A stretch of 64,000 nt of DNA from Eledone cirrhosa (GCA_964016885.1 OZ024743.1:243722001-243786000), one strand, 5' to 3'. Counted from the first letter of the stretch, positions 46,780 to 60,934 are shown. Notes: a model not told the origin generated them from the sequence alone. Translations and numbers: made by a program.

Positions 46780-47944
46780 TAAATTTTTTTCTTCTTGTTT
46801 GTTGTTTGTTTTCTGCCTTTTTTCCAGTTTCATTATTAACTTTTTATGTTCATGTCCGAAGTATAAACTTTTGTATATTTCAGTTGTTATATCTGTGTTA
46901 AAGTATGGCTTGTTGCTTAGAGTGTTTGGCTCATCACTGTAAGGTAATGAGTTTGATTACTGGCAACATATTGAGTCCTTGAGCATGATACTTTATTCCA
47001 GTCCACCCAGTTAGCAACATTCAGTTGTACTTGTAAATTGAAAGGGCCAGCTTCATCACAGACTGAATCACCCAGAAAATTTTGTTAAGAATAAACATAT
47101 CTGTTGAATTCACAACCAATTCTATGTTAATTTAGCAAGAAGACTTTTCTGAAGATCAAACACCTGAAGAACAGTTGGTCTACCAATAGAGAATTTGTTA
47201 CCCCAACAACATTATGGTTAAATACAGAAAAGTTAGGCTGTATATTTTTTTTATTACTTATAGTCAGAGGGATGTTACCCAATCACCTTGCTCGTGGTCT
47301 GCCTCTGGCAAGTTGGCTTTGCCAGTAAATTCTGTCTAATAATTCTTTCTTTAAGCTTTCTAAAGGAGCAAGATGTTTGGATAACATCAATAAGCTCAGT
47401 TAGTCAAGTTAGAGGATTCAACCTTATCATTTGGAGATGTTTGCTTCTGATAAGACCCTCTTGAAGGTATGTCTGAGGACTCTACCCCCATGACCCTATC
47501 AGGAATAAGTGGGTGAAGAAGTTTCAGTGAGAAGCACTCATGACCTTTTCCAGGGCTTCCGAAGATGGTAGGAAGATGGATAAAAGGAAACCTACTCTGT
47601 ATGATTGCAACAAAGTGAACTAAATGCATTCTAGGACCAGGTGATTGTGTCTCATGGAATCTTCCTCCCACAAAACAGTATTGATCTCTTCAATGGGCTT
47701 CCGTATTAATTCCATCTACCAGAATTTATTTTGCATGGTTTTAGTCGACCGGAAGCTGCAATTGTTGGATTAAACCTCAAACCATGAAATTAACCTTTTA
47801 AACAGTGTGATATTAAAATTGCATCACAAAAAAATTATTATTTTTTCTTTAGACAGGAAATATTGCAATCCTGATTAGAATTTAACTCTTTACTAAGCTT
47901 TAATAACCACATTTCAATACTGTTTACATCTATAAAGTGTAATA

Positions 47945-48180
47945 CAGGTGCTATGATAAAATGCATCCAGTATACTATGTAAATGGTAGTGCTGATGACA
48001 GGATAAAATGCACCCAGTACATGCTGTAAAGTAGTAGTACTGGTGCCACAATAAAATGAACCCAGTACATTCTGTAAAGTGGTAGTATTTGTGTCACGAT
48101 AAAATGCATCCAGTACATTGTAGTGCTGATGTCAATAAAATGCACCCACCACACACTTTAGAGACTGGCATTAGTAAGGG
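47945..48180. repeat. ~43-bp tandem repeat (~5 copies) inside a SINE
   Basis: gataaaatgcacccagtacattctgtaaagtggtagt repeated; inverse of the 10402 unit family. Confidence 0.8.
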
Positions 48181-48854
48181 CACTTAACTCTAGAAACCAT
48201 GTCAAAAATGTGATTCACTGACTTATGACAACCTATCCAACCCATGCCAGCATGGAAAACATGATGCTTGTGTACTAAACACTACTGGAGTGTTGATCAA
48301 TTGGAAACATAACATTGCCATAATTATGCCAGTCAAGGTTTCAACGTATGATAAACAAAAAAAATATAAAATTAAAAGGAAGTAAATAACATTAAGAGTT
48401 CTCTCCCTTGATTTAATCTGACTCCGATACTATAAAGAAACAAAAAACGAACGATTTTAATTAAAATCGTTCAAAATAGCCCCACGACTCTCAAGAAGAA
48501 GAATGTGCAACTGAACCCAAAACCACTTGATTGCGAAATGATCTCCTTGCCCACAGAGCCACGCTTGCCTTAGTATGTGTATATAGCGCATCGCTATATA
48601 TATATATATTTAAAAAAAATAGAGGTGTGACACAAGAGTTGTGATGTATTAGTAAAAAGGAAAAGAAAATGCTGACAAATTTTTCCCAGTGAAAAATAGT
48701 TTAATTAGGAATAAATATAAATTAGTAATAAGTATTGGTTAGTATTCAGTTTTAGTTTTAAGTTTTTACCGGTTGCGCATTTCTAATGCTTTTCAAAAAT
48801 AATTTTGAGATAGAGCGCTCGTGATGTTTGCTCTAATCTCTCTCTATATATATA

Positions 48855-49260
48855 AATAAAGATTCAGCGAGAATCGCATTTCGGCGGGCAGGAAAGGCGA
48901 AACGAAACGCAAAAATCAGAAATGACACTGGCAAAGTGATCAATAGTTAAAAACCAGAGCTAAACAATGTGTTAAGAAGCCATACAAAACTGAAAAGGTG
49001 GTCAAGAAGGCATTAACCATCCAAGCCAAAAAACCAAATCAAGCTAAACAGGTCAAAACAAAATAAATGATTAGCCCCTACGGCAGAGCTCAAGCCGTTT
49101 CGACGGCTATTTCTGGACTGAAATAGCTGTCGAAACGGCTTGAGCTCTGTCGTCGGGGTTAAACATTTTTCTATTACCCTAAGTATTGAGTACTCTGGTG
49201 CGTTATGGTCCATCTGGTTCCTTACCACACTTCTTTCGTTAGCCGAAGTATGTGATAAAA
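48855..49260 (+). mobile_element. Penelope-like 3' remnant with internal ~40-bp-arm hairpin
   Basis: TA-flanked; hairpin 49071-49162; tail aagtattgagtactctggtgcgttatggtccatctggttccttaccacac shared in reverse with 61682-61755; KALTIQAKKP resembles a GIY-YIG C-terminus (weak). Confidence 0.55.
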
Positions 49261-49311
49261 ATATATAGATAGAATAGAAGTAAGCGAGACTGCGTAACTA
49301 TAACTTATAAT

Positions 49312-49493
49312 AATTGTTTCTACTTTAGGCACAAGGCCAGCAATTACCCAGTGCATTACTGGTACTTTATTTTATCGACCCCGTAAGGATGAAAGGCAAA
49401 GTCAACCTCGGCGGGATTTGAACTCAGATCGTAAAGGGACGTAACTATGCTGGAAAGCATGGCGTCCGACCCTCCATATCCGACTGCCAATCC
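49312..49493 (-). mobile_element. tRNA-derived SINE, young copy (same family as 12047)
   Basis: Reverse-complement match to 62619-62802. Confidence 0.88.
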
Positions 49494-50669
49494 ATATCCT
49501 GAAATGAACTTACTAATTCCCTTATTAATAATGCCCCTTAACCACACAGTCATGCCTGAGCCTTTTTGCCAAACGCATCATCTACCAAAAACTTACTTCA
49601 CTCTCACAACATTATTTAATAAAGAAAGCGGCTGTAATAAAATAAATGTAAACAAATTTACATATATTTTAATGTATTTAAAAACGGGAAAGGCAAGGGC
49701 TCTAGGGTCACAGAAGAGTGGGAAGGGGTAAATTAATTCACGCCAAGCAGAGAAAGATGTCGGGTCTATGCCGAATATATAATAAGACATTTGGGTCTCC
49801 ATACACTTTGAAACCAAACTTTTATTGATTCATTTCTTTTTAAAAATTCATTAAAAAAGAATCAAATTTAGTTGCATAGTCTAATGATATACAAATGTTC
49901 TCTCCGCCCCATTGTAATGTAATTTTTCTCATTGTCCTTTTCATAACCCAAAACGCCCCCACCCTATATAAAATCCCTTGCGGTATTTGTTCTGGCTCTG
50001 TGCTCTAGTTCAAATTCTGTCGTGGTAAACTTTGCCTTTTGCCATTTCGATGTTGATGAAATAAAGTACCAGTCCATGGCAGAATTGGTAAAGCCTCATA
50101 CAAGATGCTTAGTGGTATTTGTGCTAGCTCTTTGCGTTCTGAGTCCAAAACCCGCTGTATCCTGCTTGGGTAGCAGACATAATGGATCGCCCGGTTTAAT
50201 TCTAGCACATGATCACTCGCTGCTTTTAGCAGAGTGCACTCTATTGCAAGCATTTGGGCGAAGTCTCTGGTTTAAGGTTATTTTACTTTCATGCTCCGCC
50301 TCGGAGGCCTTCACTCTTTGGATAACAAAAAAACAAAACAAAACAAAAAAATATATATGAATGTGTGTAGATTCCGCTAGTAGGCAGGTGGAGTCGCCGA
50401 GAGTGCAATATATGCTATTATTCTGCACTTCAAAATCAATTATATACGTATAGTGAAGGCGCGTGGCTTAATGGTGAAGTTGTTCGGCTTAGGGTCGTGA
50501 GTTCGATACCCTGCGTCCCGTTGTGTCTTTGAATAAAACACATTATTTCACGTCGCTCCAGTCGACTCCCGTATTTATTTGGTTGAATCTAATTTTAACG
50601 AACCTCTGAGTCACGGAACAGAGAAATAGAAAACGTAAAGAAAGACTCAATGTCACCACGCACATACAC

Positions 50670-50754
<85 letters not shown>

Positions 50755-51187
50755 TAAATACACATCGGGCTTCCGCACAGTTTCCGTCTACGAAATTTTA
50801 CATTGGTCATCTCGAATCTATAACAGAAGACACCTGTCCACTGTGTCACACAGTGCGACTCAACTCAAAGCCACATGATTGCGAAGCGATCTCCTTAGCC
50901 ACATAGCCACGCCTCTCTTAGTGTCTGTTTATATACCTTCTGTGTTTGCGTGTTAAACAAAGCTATATAAGTAAAAAAATAACAAAAAAACAAAAACAAT
51001 TTAGATTATATAGCTTTGTTACATAACAACAAGGGGCGGTTTGGGGTACTTTGGTATTTAAAGGGTTAGTGGAGATTTAGCTGCTATTTCTAAAAGACTA
51101 CTCGACTATGTAAACACCCTTTGAAATGAGTTTACAACTAAGAAGTTACATACGTGTAGGTAGGTGCGTCTTAGCTACTAGGAAGTT

Positions 51188-51274
51188 AACGACTCTGGCA
51201 AATGAAATAACTACATTGAACTGTGTGAAGGGTTCACACAGTTCAATGTAGTTATTTCATTTGCCAGAGTTGTT
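51188..51274. repeat. Near-perfect ~42-bp-arm palindrome
   Basis: actctggcaaatgaaataactacattgaactgtgtgaa ggg ttcacacagttcaatgtagttatttcatttgccagagt. Confidence 0.93.
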
Positions 51275-51539
51275 ATTAAGTCGCATTAAACATTGCTCAG
51301 TATTTGACATATATATGACTGAGCATTCCACACATGTGTGTGCCTTTGACATAGGTGGAATTAGTGCGACAAATTGCAAGCTGGCTTTGAATTGCATTTT
51401 TGCACACTTCAATTACCACCACCCTTTTCTTTCTTCTTTCTTCTTCACACACACATACACACACACACACACACGTGCAAACACGACGTCCATTCCTACA
51501 CTAACCAAACCCTTGTCCTTCGCAAACCCTCAGCCGTGA

Positions 51540-53297
51540 CCACATCAGCATCGTAAACCCAACCCCCAACTCACTTTCAAGATGCCAATCAGTGTCCTAT
51601 CTTGAACATGTCAACACCCACGTTGCTGAACAGTGCTGTAATCCCCGATTACCCCAACCCCCACCAGCAGCACATGCACCATCATCAACAAGCAGAAGAG
51701 AGGCCGGAACTGTTCAGCATACGACAGTTTCCATCATCTCTCTTGTGTCGGCCTGACACGTCGAGCATTGAACGGACTCCTAACATGGAAATGTAGCAGC
51801 TGCAGCCCCCACTACATCCCCAGACGACACACCATGCCTCTCCGACGCCCAACCCTCACTAATCAACATCGCTCGGCTCAGACAACTCCGGAAGATCCCC
51901 CTCAAGATATCGAAAACATCCCAGGTGTTAGTGGCCGATGCCCTCGCGGCCCCCATCTGCAAAACATTGGACTCTGATCGGCACAGCGATTGGGAATACT
52001 TGTTTTATTTCGCTCCCCTCAGCCTCGGTCTCCTGAACTCTGGTGCCGATCGAAGCACTCTTTCTGTTGAAGAACTGCTTCGCCATGCCGAAGCTCTTTT
52101 ACACCACCCGCAGTGCCCCCGGCTATAGACAAGCATCTCTTCTCACAGATCTCGACATCTGCTTCCGACGGGTTGCTGAGGAGATATGCAACAACCGGTT
52201 TGACGATACTGGATGGCAGCAGACCACGTTACCCGCCAAATATAGTGGTCTCGGTCTTCTGTCTCCTGTCCCACTGGCCCTGCTTGCTTTCCTTTCGTCA
52301 CTGACCTTTTGCCATGTCTTCATCAACAGGATTCTCTACAACACAACTGAACCTTCTGTGATCGAGGAGCGCGATGCGGCCTACACGACATGGAACCAGC
52401 TTGGCCTCCGCCCTATCAATGTCCCCCCTCCTCCTCTTCCCTCTTTAGACGTCCTGCCCCCATAAGAAATGATTTGCCATCCTTTGCAACATGATTTCAG
52501 GCGGGCTGGTGCGTAGGCTCAACCAGCACCGTCCGTTATGTTTCTTGTCGGTCTCCCAACCCCACACTTGTGCCTGGCTCAACGCAGCTCCCTGATTTGC
52601 GACTGGCACTCAGCTGGACAGTAGCTGCTTACGCATTGGTGTTTCCCTGAGGCTTGGCCTCCTCCTCTGTGAGTCTCACAAATGCCGTTGCGGTACAATT
52701 GTGGATCATTTTAGTCTCCACCCACCGTCATGCCGTTACTGTGTTGGTCGCCTCCCACGCCATGCTGCTCTCAACGAAATCATAAAGCATGGCCTGGACG
52801 GCACAGGCTTCCCTTTCTAGCTCGAGGAGATGGCAAAAGACCAGACGACATGACTATCTTCCCGTTCCGCGGCGGTAGACCCCTCATCTGGGATGCCACA
52901 TGCTGCGATATGTACTCAAGTGGTAACATGGTACATTCGGCTACCAACCCAGGCACTGCTGCCCGCCAAGCTAAAGAGGGCAAACTGTATCGGCCGCTCT
53001 CGTATAGTTTTATGGTAAAGGCTGTAACAGTGGAGACTTGCGTTCTTGGCCCCCGGACATCATCCCTACTCCTTGCTATCTGAGTGGAGTTGGCCGCCCG
53101 CAAGGTGGAGTGGTTCTTCCAGCGCGGGTCCCTCAATCGGAGCAATGTTTTCTCCACCCTGTCGGCCGGGGCTCAGAAGCGTAGGGCAAGTTAGTTGGTA
53201 CTGGAGGATGCTCTTTTGGACGTCACTTTCACTTATGTATTGAGTGCCTTCTTGAATCCATTTATTTCATATAATAAACTATTATAACAGAAAAAAA
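51540..53297 (+). mobile_element. CRE-clade non-LTR retrotransposon (RLE endonuclease), pseudogenised
   Basis: GC-rich island. ALFLLKNCFAMPKL and TLPAKYSGLGL thumb; HKCRCG...H zinc knuckle; RGDGKRPDDMTIFPFRGGRPLIWDATC and VET restriction-like endonuclease motifs; AATAAA plus A-rich end. Confidence 0.85.
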
Positions 53298-53789
53298 GGA
53301 CATTTACAAATATAATATCAGTAGCACCATTTGTTCCGGTTGGTGGCGCTCTCCGAGTTCAAACCTCGTCGAGGTCAACTTTGCCTTTCATCGTCTCATC
53401 GTCCATAAATGTTGTATCATTTTAACATTGAAGACCATTCTTCCCCTCTCTCTTTCACATAGACCCCCCCCTATCTTTATATATATATAGAGAAAGTTTG
53501 TACGTTGATCACTAATAACACTAAATATAATTGGTAATAATTAAAGATTTTCGTGTTTTCAGTTAATCTTGCCCCCCCCCCTCTGATACTGAAGGATGTT
53601 TCAATCCTTCATCATTTTTCACGGTTGAGGAAAGCGTTGTAAACTTAATCAAGTGTTCCCTTCCCCAATTTCGAAATCCACTATTCCAATGAGTGCCTGT
53701 GGGAAAGAGCAATCCTTACTCCCACTCCCCCCAAAACAAACAAACAAATAAACAAAAAACAACAACAACAATACTACAGTGAATGCCAT

Positions 53790-54442
53790 CAACAAAAATC
53801 TCTCACAAATGATCCCTAAATGTAGCCAGACCTATAAATCTATTGACAAAGTTGTCGACGAGGACGAAGCTATTCATTATTCTGTTGAATTTCTTGACAG
53901 TCTGAAACCATCTGGCATGTTACCACACACACAACCTTGAATTGAAGAAAAGTATAGTTATCATGCTTCTCAGAAACCTCGATCAGCCATGATTGTACAA
54001 TGGGACACGTATGGTTGTGACTGAACTACAGCCTCACATTATAGAAGCCTAAATCTTCACTAGATATGGTAAGAGAGACATCGTACTTATACATAGAATA
54101 CCGCTGATACCAACATATGTTCCCTTTCGATTTAAACGATTGCATTTCCCAGTGGGAATCAGTTACGCAATGACCATTGACAAGTCCCAAGGTCAAACCC
54201 TGCAGGTTGTCGGTCTCCATCTAGAAGAGGGCTGTTTCTCACATGGTCTATTGTATGTAGGTTGTTCCTTAGTATAAAGCACCTACAAACTCTTCATATA
54301 TGTTACAAAGAAAAAAGTTAAAAACATTGTATATACTGAAGTTCTACAAATGTTTTATAATTTTCATAAAATACATTTTTCTATAATTATCTTTATTACA
54401 TTCGTGCTTTTATTCGATCGTCTCACTTAGGCAGATAACTAG
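53790..54442 (+). mobile_element. Helitron 3' fragment (PIF1-like helicase pseudogene)
   Basis: EFLDSLKPSGM, IMLLRNL, NGTR, RIPL, YAMTIDKSQGQTL and FSHGLLYVGCS motifs with stops; CTAG at 54439-54442. Confidence 0.9.
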
Positions 54443-54564
54443 TTAATGTACAGTGTGGGGTATATATGGTGACCGTAAGCACTTATAGGAGAAGTTTTTA
54501 AAATGTTTGTCTCTATTCATTCTTCAAGTGAGTATATGATTTTATTCTTTCTATATGTATGAAC

Positions 54565-55675
54565 ATCAACAACAACAAAAACAAGGACGACGACGATGAC
54601 AACAACAACGATGACAACGACAACGATGACAACGACAGCAATATGAATATCAACAACAACAACAATTAAAAGAACAACAACAAAGACGACGGTGGAGACA
54701 ACAGTCACTGATTACCACAAACGTCCTCATTTCTTTTCATCTCGAAATCTCATTTGCCCAATACTAGATACACTAGAACCACATTGTACCACTAGCACCA
54801 CCACCAACACTACCACCACGGCCACAGCCGCTACCGCTACCACCACTACCACTACCACCACTACTACCCCCCCCGTTACTCAGTTGCCCCTTCCACGATC
54901 ACCACGATCACCATCACCACTACCATTACCACTACCGCTGCCACCACCACTACCAGTACCACCACCATCGCCGCCACCCCACCACGCCGACTAGCACTAC
55001 GACCACAATCACCACGATCACCACCACCACTACCACTCACCACCGCCATCGCCGCCGCCGCCACCACCCCCACCCCCGCCTTCACCGCCACCCTCGCCGC
55101 CGCCGCCACCACCACCACCTCGGTGGTTCTTAGCGTGCAATTGTTCTTCTCTCTACAGAATACTAACCCAATTCCACAGAATAACCACAAAAGACTAACC
55201 TAGTTTCCCACCAACACCATCAAACCCATTATTATTGTCTTGTCTCTCTTTGGGTCTTCTTCTTCTTCTTCTTCTTCTTCTTCTTCTTCTTCTTCTTCTT
55301 CTTCTTCTTCTTCTTCTTCTTCTCCCCCCCCCCCCCTCTCGCTCTCCCTCCCTTTCTTGCACGCATCTGTGATTCCCATCAAAACACCCTAACAATAACC
55401 ATTTCTGAAGCGTCCCTATCACTACCACCATCACCACTATCATCATCATTATCATCATCACCACCACCATCATCATCATTATCACCTTCCCCGCCGTCGT
55501 CGTCATCATTGTCCGTCGTTGTCGTCATCACCAACAACACAACAACATCAAACAAAACAATCTATGGGAAAAAAAACAACTACGACAACAACAACAACAA
55601 AAATCATCATCATCATCAACGACAGTAGCAACAACGACAACAGCAACAATAACAACAAGAAAAGCAGCAGTAACA

Positions 55676-55710
<35 letters not shown>

Positions 55711-55865
55711 AACAACAACGGCAACAGCAACAATAACAACAACAGCAGCAACAACAACAACAGCAGCAACATCAACAACAACAACAGTAACAACAATGGC
55801 AACAATAACAACAGCAACAACAACAGTAACAACAACAACAACAACAGCAGCAACAACAACAGTAA

Positions 55866-55896
<31 letters not shown>

Positions 55897-56130
55897 AGTA
55901 ACAACAACGGCAACAGCAATAATAACAACAACAACAGTAACAACAACGGCAACAGCAACATTAACAATGGCAACAACAACAGCAGCAACAACAACAGTAA
56001 CAACAACGGCAACAGCAACAATAACAACATCATCATTAACAAGAACAGTAACAACAACAGCGACAACAACAGTAACAACAACAACAACGACGACGACAGC
56101 AAGAAAATAGCAGCAACAACAACAAAAACA
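54565..56130. repeat. Cluster of trinucleotide microsatellites: (ACA/ACG)n, (ACC)n, (TCT)n, (ATC)n, (AAC/AGC)n
   Basis: Direct reading. Confidence 0.95.
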
Positions 56131-56238
56131 ACTGGAATTTTCACCTAACGATCTTTCAAAACAATTCATGATTTTTTGCTTGAGGCTTCTCTCGACATCA
56201 TTTATTTTTAGTCTTCAAAAGGAAAATCTCTTGTGTAG

Positions 56239-56285
<47 letters not shown>

Positions 56286-56540
56286 GTGAATGCAACATGG
56301 CCGAATGGTTAAGAAACTCGCTTCGCAATAATTAGGTCTCGAGTTCGATCCCCTTGCGCGGGATTTCGGGGAGCAAGTGGTATTTACCAGAGCCTATGTT
56401 CTACCTATGCTGTGTGAGTAAAACTGGGAGACGGAAACTGTTAGGAAACCCGTCGGATGGATTGTATCTGTAATTCAAAGGGTCAGCTTTGTCACACAGT
56501 GTGTCACGCTGAATCTTCCTGAGAATTACATTAAAGGTAT

Positions 56541-58680
56541 GTACACGTGTATTTGAAATGGCCAGTCAAATGTCGTACACGTGTATATGAAATGGCCAGT
56601 CAAATGTCGTACACGTGTATATGAAATGGCCAGTCAAATGTCGTACACGTGTATATGAAATGGCCAGTCAAATGTCGTACACGTGTATATGAAATGCCCA
56701 GTCAAATGTCGTACACGTGTATATGAAATGGCCAGTCAAATGTCGTACACGTGTATATGAAATGGCCAGTCAAATGTCGTACACGTGTATATGAAATGCC
56801 CAGTCAATTGTCTTACAGGTGTATATGAAATGCCCAGTCAAATGTCGTACACGTGTATATGAAATGGCCAGTCAAATGTCGTACACGTGTATATGAAATG
56901 CCCAGTCAAATGTCGTACACGTGTATATGAAATGGCCAGTCAAATGTCGTACACGTGTATATGAAATGCCCAGTCAAATGTCGTACACGTGTATATGAAA
57001 TGGCCAGTCAAATGTCGTACACGTGTATATGAAATGCCCATTTAAATGTCGTACAGGTGTATATGAAATGGCCAGTCAAATGTCGTACACGTGTATATGA
57101 AATGCCCAGTCAAATGTCGTACACGTGTATATGAAATGCCCAGTCAAATGTCGTACACGTGTATATGAAATGCCCAGTCAATTGTCGTACAGGTGTATAT
57201 GAAATGGCCAGTCAAATATCGTACACGTGTATATGAAATGGCCAGTCAAATGTCGTACACGTGTATATGAAATGCCCAGTCAAATGTCGTACACGTGTAT
57301 ATGAAATGCCCAGTCAATTGTCGTACAGGTGTATATGAAATGGCCAGTCAAATATCGTACACGTGTATATGAAATGCCCAGTCAATTGTCGTACAGGTGT
57401 ATATGAAATGGCCAGTCAAATGTCGTACACGTGTATATGAAATGCCCAGTCAAATGTCGTACACGTGTATATGAAATGCCCAGTCAATTGTTGTACAGGT
57501 ATATATGAAATGGCCAGTCAATTGTCGTACAGGTGTATATGAAATGGCCAGTCAAATGTCGTACAGGTGTATATGAAATGCCCAGTCAAATGTCATACAC
57601 GTGTATATGAAATGGCCAGTCAAATGTCATACACGTGTATATGAAATGGCCAGTCAAATGTCGTACACGTGTATATGAAATGGCCAGTCAAATGTCGTAC
57701 ACGTGTATATGAAATGCCCAGTCAAATGTCATACACGTGTATATGAAATGGCCAGTCAAATGTCGTACACGTGTATATGAAATGGCCAGTCAAATGTCGT
57801 ACACGTGTATATGAAATGGCCAGTCAAATGTCATACACGTGTATATGAAATGCCCAGTCAAATGTCATACACGTGTATATGAAATGCCCAGTCAAATGTC
57901 GTACAGGTGTATATGAAATGGCCAGTCAAATGTCATACACGTGCATATGAAATGGCCAGTCAATTGTCGTACAGGTGTATATGAAATGGCCAGTCAAATG
58001 TCATACACGTGTATATGAAATGGCCAGTCAATTGTCGTACAGGTGTATATGAAATGGCCAGTCAAATGTCATACACGTGCATATGAAATGGCCAGTCAAA
58101 TGTCGTACACGTGTATATGAAATGCCCAGTCAATTGTCGTACAGGTGTATATGAAATGGCCAGTCAAATGTCATACACGTGTATATGAAATGCCCAGTCA
58201 AATGTCATACACGTGTATATGAAATGGCCAGTCAAATGTCGTACACGTGCATATGAAATGGCCAGTCAAATGTCGTACACGTGTATATGAAATGGCCAGT
58301 CAAATGTCGTACACGTGTATATGAAATGCCCAGTCAAATGTCGTACACGTGTATATGAAATGCCCAGTCAAATGTCATACACGTGTATATGAAATGCCCA
58401 GTCAAATGTCATACACGTGTATATGAAATGGCCAGTCAATTGTCGTACAGGTGTATATGAAATGGCCAGTCAAATGTCGTACAGGTGTATATGAAATGGC
58501 CAGTCAAATGTCATACACGTGTATATGAAATGGCCAGTCAAATGTCATACACGTGTATATGAAATGGCCAGTCAAATGTCGTACACGTGTATATGAAATG
58601 GCCAGTCAAATGTCATACACGTGTATATGAAATGGCCAGTCAAATGTCGTACACGTGTATATGAAATGCCCAGTCAAATG
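56541..58680. repeat. 34-bp minisatellite, ~63 copies, embedded in a SINE
   Basis: Unit gtacacgtgtatatgaaatggccagtcaaatgtc; SINE sequence continues on both sides (gctgaatcttcctgagaattacattaaag / ttaatttcatgaggagactgtttcgttgatc). Confidence 0.97.
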
Positions 58681-58978
58681 TTAATTTCATGAGGAGACTG
58701 TTTCGTTGATCGAACAACTGGAACACTCATTCTTGAAACCGACGGAGATCTAGCTCTAGCCCAGAACCATTCCAGTGTGTGTGTGTGTTACATTAGCACA
58801 TCCACATATACAGATATATGTAGGAACTTTAGCGGTCGTCTGAAAGGTTAGGTACATGTTTTTGCAACTGAGTAATGCCCACGGGAGTGAATGACTGCTA
58901 GACTATGAATATATGTATGACAAGGTGAACTGAATGCTGTTTTTTTCTTTGTACACCTGTACAGATGTATATGTATAT

Positions 58979-59087
<109 letters not shown>

Positions 59088-59318
59088 TATATATATATTG
59101 AAATGACTTCTACAGGACTAGAATTGTTTCATACATATGAAATCACGAAGAATGTCCTTATTTCATACGAATGAAATAGTTCTAATCCTGTGGCAGTCAT
59201 CCAAAATAAAATAAACATGCTTCCTCTCTACTAACGTATTGAATACATTATTTAACTGTGTTTTTGTTTCCGACCCCCTTCGGAAAACCATATGGAATTT
59301 TACACACACATATATAAA

Positions 59319-60176
59319 CAGGATTGCTCTGTTCTTTCAAGATATTTTGCATGAATTTAGTAAAAGACGCATACGCCACGAAAGAAGAGCTTTATTTGAG
59401 AAAAAATTGGTATGAATAATCTTGAGACTCTTCTTGAGGCATCTTCTCAATGCACCTGCCGTTAGCATCGATCACTACTTCAATAGAAGGTCTGAAACGT
59501 TGACATGCCTGAATCAGATGATCTTTATCTATTTTGGACATCGTGCTAATTATGGCGGACTTCAGAGACTTAATAGTGATCGTGATGGAGGTTATAACTG
59601 ATCTATTATTGGGTCGTTTTGATCTTATGAGATTGCACAGAGTCTTGTTGGTAGGTTGATCTTTCAACATGCCCAACAAGCACTTTCGCGGATTAGACGC
59701 TTATTCTGTCTTTCCAAACATAAATTGATCTCTCTACATCGCATATCGAAGGTCCTAATGCACAATTCTTCCGATATTGAGCCTTGAAACTTTGAGCATA
59801 TTGACTATGACACTGATTGACTTTCTGGGGTTCTTATCAATAATTTTCTATACCTTTCTTACAAATGTTGGTGTTTTAATTATATTATGACCCTAGCAAG
59901 CCTTTTACGTTTGGCTGTTGCTATAAAAATCCTTGTCAACGGCTTACAGCTCTTTGCAAACTTTGATAACAAACGGCCGTACAAATTCCGGGAAGAGAGC
60001 AATCTCTAAATCACTATGCTCTGTGTTTAAGGCAACAATTACAATGTGTCATTTCATTTGCTGAGTTAGATTGATGTCTGTCATAATTTATCTGAAAAGA
60101 AATAATAATCAGAACGAATTTGAAAAATGTTAGAGAGCTATTAAAACATATGTCCTCAAAGACCTGAGCAACTCTG
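59319..60176 (-). mobile_element. Decayed Tc1/mariner element
   Basis: C-terminal LIQACQRFRPSIEVVIDANGRCIE; degenerate TIRs caggattgctctgttctttca / tcaaagacctgagcaactctg. Confidence 0.75.
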
Positions 60177-60733
60177 TGTGTGTGTATATATATATATATA
60201 CAACATAAATTGCAATCAAATGGTGTTTAAAACATTTAATAGCTTACGATCCTTTCATCCAGATATAAGCCTGGAATCATCGGAGAATACAAAGGTAAAA
60301 ACAAATATATTCCTATTCACTTGAACATTTAGCAGGATACATTATAGGTGAGAAGACTAAGTATAAGTATTAACATCAATATATTATATATTGATGTGAG
60401 AGAGAGACACACGCATGTATATAGAGAGAGAGAAAGAAGGAGAAGCATAAATGGAGATAGAAAAATGTGTGTATGCATACATATTGTGTATATACATACA
60501 TATACGTATGTATGTATATATGTTGGTTGTGTGTACACACACATACATATTCTAACTTATATTAGATATGTGTATGTTTATAAGTATATACATATTTTGG
60601 ACATCGTGCTAGTTATGGCGGACTACTGAAGTAATCCTCTTGTTGAGTCAAAAACTACTGTATGCTGAAACAGTCCTCGATAAGAGTTACTCTAACTCTT
60701 GAACTAGAGTAACTGAAAACGACAACTCGCATA

Positions 60734-60826
<93 letters not shown>

Positions 60827-60852
60827 GGAAACTCTGTTTCGTAGAATTGAAA

Positions 60853-60934
60853 CATATCTGAGGATCTTGCGATTTCAGAGTCAGGTTATATCATCGTGCC
60901 TCGAGCTGGTCGCCAGAGAAACGATTGTAATATG
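60853..60934 (+). ncRNA. Type I hammerhead ribozyme with extended stem II
   Basis: catat CTGAGGA tct-t-gcgat...gtcgc-c-aga GAAA c gatt g TA atatg. Perfect 5-bp stem I, GUA triplet, AATAAA at ~60938, just downstream of a (TA)n tract. Confidence 0.7.

Noticed and set aside
54517-56169. Poly-Asn/Thr/Leu/Glu/Arg ORFs
   Set aside because: Trinucleotide microsatellites open in several frames
56541-58680. CRISPR array (34-bp palindromic repeat)
   Set aside because: Units are head-to-tail with no unique spacers, there are no cas genes, and the context is a eukaryotic SINE
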